NCBI GenBank assembly: GCA_030390025.1
Contig: CM059432.1
Coordinates: 94,304,001-94,368,000, forward strand
Source: Squalus acanthias
Taxonomy: Eukaryota
DNA: 64,000 bases
Reading direction: 5' to 3'
Shown here: in pieces, positions 62,285 to 64,000 of the stretch
Numbering within the stretch: position 1 is the first letter of the stretch
Layout: each line of letters starts with the position of its first letter
The notes under the pieces: generated by a model
The model's database searches: none
Seen by the model: the letters and a program-made list of their open reading frames with translations, nothing else
Told to the model about the DNA's origin: nothing
Translations under genes and position numbers: made by a program

Positions 62285-62459
62285 ATTGCTTCCCAGAACC
62301 CCAAAACTATGCAACTCCTTGGGTTGAATTCTTTTCTTTCACATGGAGTTCTGGTGGGGTGGCCCCACCAAATCCACCCCGATCAGAACCCATTTCCCTG
62401 GGTCGGGGGGTCATTCACTATGCAATGCGCGCTCTTGACAGGATTGCCACCACCAAGTG

Positions 62460-63736
62460 TGTAAGGTTTCCAAAATTTGCAGATCCCCAAAACCTAAGGA
62501 AAAAGGACTTTGGAACTACCTCAGAGTGATAATATTGTATTTGGGCCTAACCTAAGAGACTGTAAGACCAAAACCCAAGTTTTGGCATTTTAAAACATGT
62601 CTAGGCCTGTAAAGGAACAAGAGGTGGGGTCAACCTCTGTAAAAGCAGTTTTGGTTATTGCAGTTAATTGCAATGTCTGGGGAACCGGGATGACCTCACT
62701 CAAAGCCCCAGCAAGCATTAACATTTTGACAATAGACCCTAGGAGAAGACAGTCCCACCCAAAACAACAGGTGCTATCAAACCGATTACAGGGCCCATCA
62801 GGAGACATGCATAAAGCAAATATTCTATAGAAGTCCTAGGCTCAGTCAAGAAACCCAAAACATGAGGACAATTCAAACTCCGATTAAACAACAGATCGAC
62901 AGGATGGAGCTATCCTGAAACCACTTCACATATTTACTGGGTATAATTAAAGGCCCGTTCTCAACAGTTCTCCAGTTCAGCAGCTACAACAGTTACAAGT
63001 TCGAGTTCTCCAGTAACAACAGTTCAAGTTCAACAGAAGGCAGTTCTGCAGTTTCGAGTTCAATTGAAAGCCTGTTTTCAGCAGAAGTCAGTGCTGGAGT
63101 TACAGAGTTCAGGAGAAGCAAGTTGGGCAGTTAAAGAAGACAGTTCAGTAAGAAGGGAGTTCTCCAGTTCTCCAGCACAACAGTTACAGTTCTGCAAGAA
63201 GGCAGTTCCACAGCTCGGAAGAAGACAGTTTAAACAGAGGCAGAGTTCAACAGAAAGAAGTTCAACAAAGTAGTCCAACAGCTCCAGAAGCAGGCCGACA
63301 CGCAGGAAGAAACCAGAGCGACCGCCTCAGTGACCATCGGACACCTCGCGGCAACAAGGGCCTTACGAAACTTTTTACTCAAAAGACTCTAAACCCTAAC
63401 TCTCAACTGTCAAGGATTCGTTTGGTGAGCATTATCCCTGGTTCTCCAGAGTCCAACCTAGCTAGTGAAGTGGGATTGGGAGGGGTGAAGTATTCTCCTA
63501 ATGTTATTTCCCTCGCTTGTACCGAAGTGTTTCCCCACTTTTAGAGTGTTAAGAGTGTTGTCATTCGTGTTTTACCTTTTAATAAAGATTGAAGTTCTTT
63601 CATCAAACTCAGTTGTCTGCTGCACCTTTGTATCACAACTCCTAAATAAGTCCAAGGTCTAGAACCAAGAGAGTGGGAGCGATTTGAACTGCTCAGAAGT
63701 CAGAGGTAAAGCTGACACAAAACACCACCCCCTACA
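62460..63736 (+). mobile_element. Probable 5' LTR of an LTR retroelement continuing past the window end
   Basis: Termini TGTAAGG...CCCTACA (the left boundary is uncertain), TATAATTAAA at about 62942, CAGTT-rich repeats and AATAAA at 63581. It is followed by TGGGAGCTCTCCAGAAA, resembling a degenerate tRNA-Pro PBS. Confidence 0.55.
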
Positions 63737-64000
63737 AGTGGGAGCTCTCCAGAAAGAAAACCCTAGTGACGCATGCCGCTGTAGCACCAGAAGACGCAGG
63801 AGCATCACTTCAAAGCGAAGAAGAGCCTGAAAAATGCACTAAAGCTCCCACTGAAGCCGGCTGCCGAGAGTGAGGCCTTCAGCTGGTAAATGCTGACTCC
63901 AAATTAGACTAGGTCCTCTTCTTCTTTTCCGTGACCGTAAGACCATTATTCTAGATTAGTCGCAGCGGATTGGAAGGTAGTAAATGTAACCTTGCTAGTC

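Noticed and set aside
61819..62529. 236-aa proline-rich ORF
   Set aside because: It arises from the C-rich core of a MITE and crosses element boundaries.

Overview
This is eukaryotic, vertebrate DNA, almost certainly from a cartilaginous fish, since it carries HE1-like V-SINEs, shark-type CR1 LINEs and DeuSINE fragments. The window is intronic. The only host coding sequence I can support is one 170-nt minus-strand exon (21039-21208) of an L3MBTL-family gene, most like L3MBTL4, just upstream of and entering the SAM domain. Most of the rest is transposable elements: many CR1 LINEs, L2 and DeuSINE remnants, two decayed Harbinger transposons, about a dozen Harbinger-type MITEs with 3-bp TSDs, and a Tigger-like MITE. 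There are also Penelope-like elements with minimal hammerhead ribozymes, an intact young Gypsy element inside a deep nest, and a probable LTR at the right end. Three observations stand out. (1) A 3.1-kb single-ORF EN-RT LINE (1296-4436) begins with a tRNA-derived Pol III promoter and has no TTTT terminator anywhere on its sense strand, and its internally deleted SINE derivative lies in the same window. It is a candidate Pol III-transcribed autonomous LINE. (2) The intact Gypsy has identical LTRs and a YLDN RT motif. It lacks a tRNA primer site and instead has an exact 11-nt complement of its own LTR, suggesting self-priming. (3) Short Penelope-end insertions form copy-specific hairpins and carry hammerhead motifs. 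All calls were made by eye without database searches. Family names are by motif recall, and boundaries of decayed elements are approximate.
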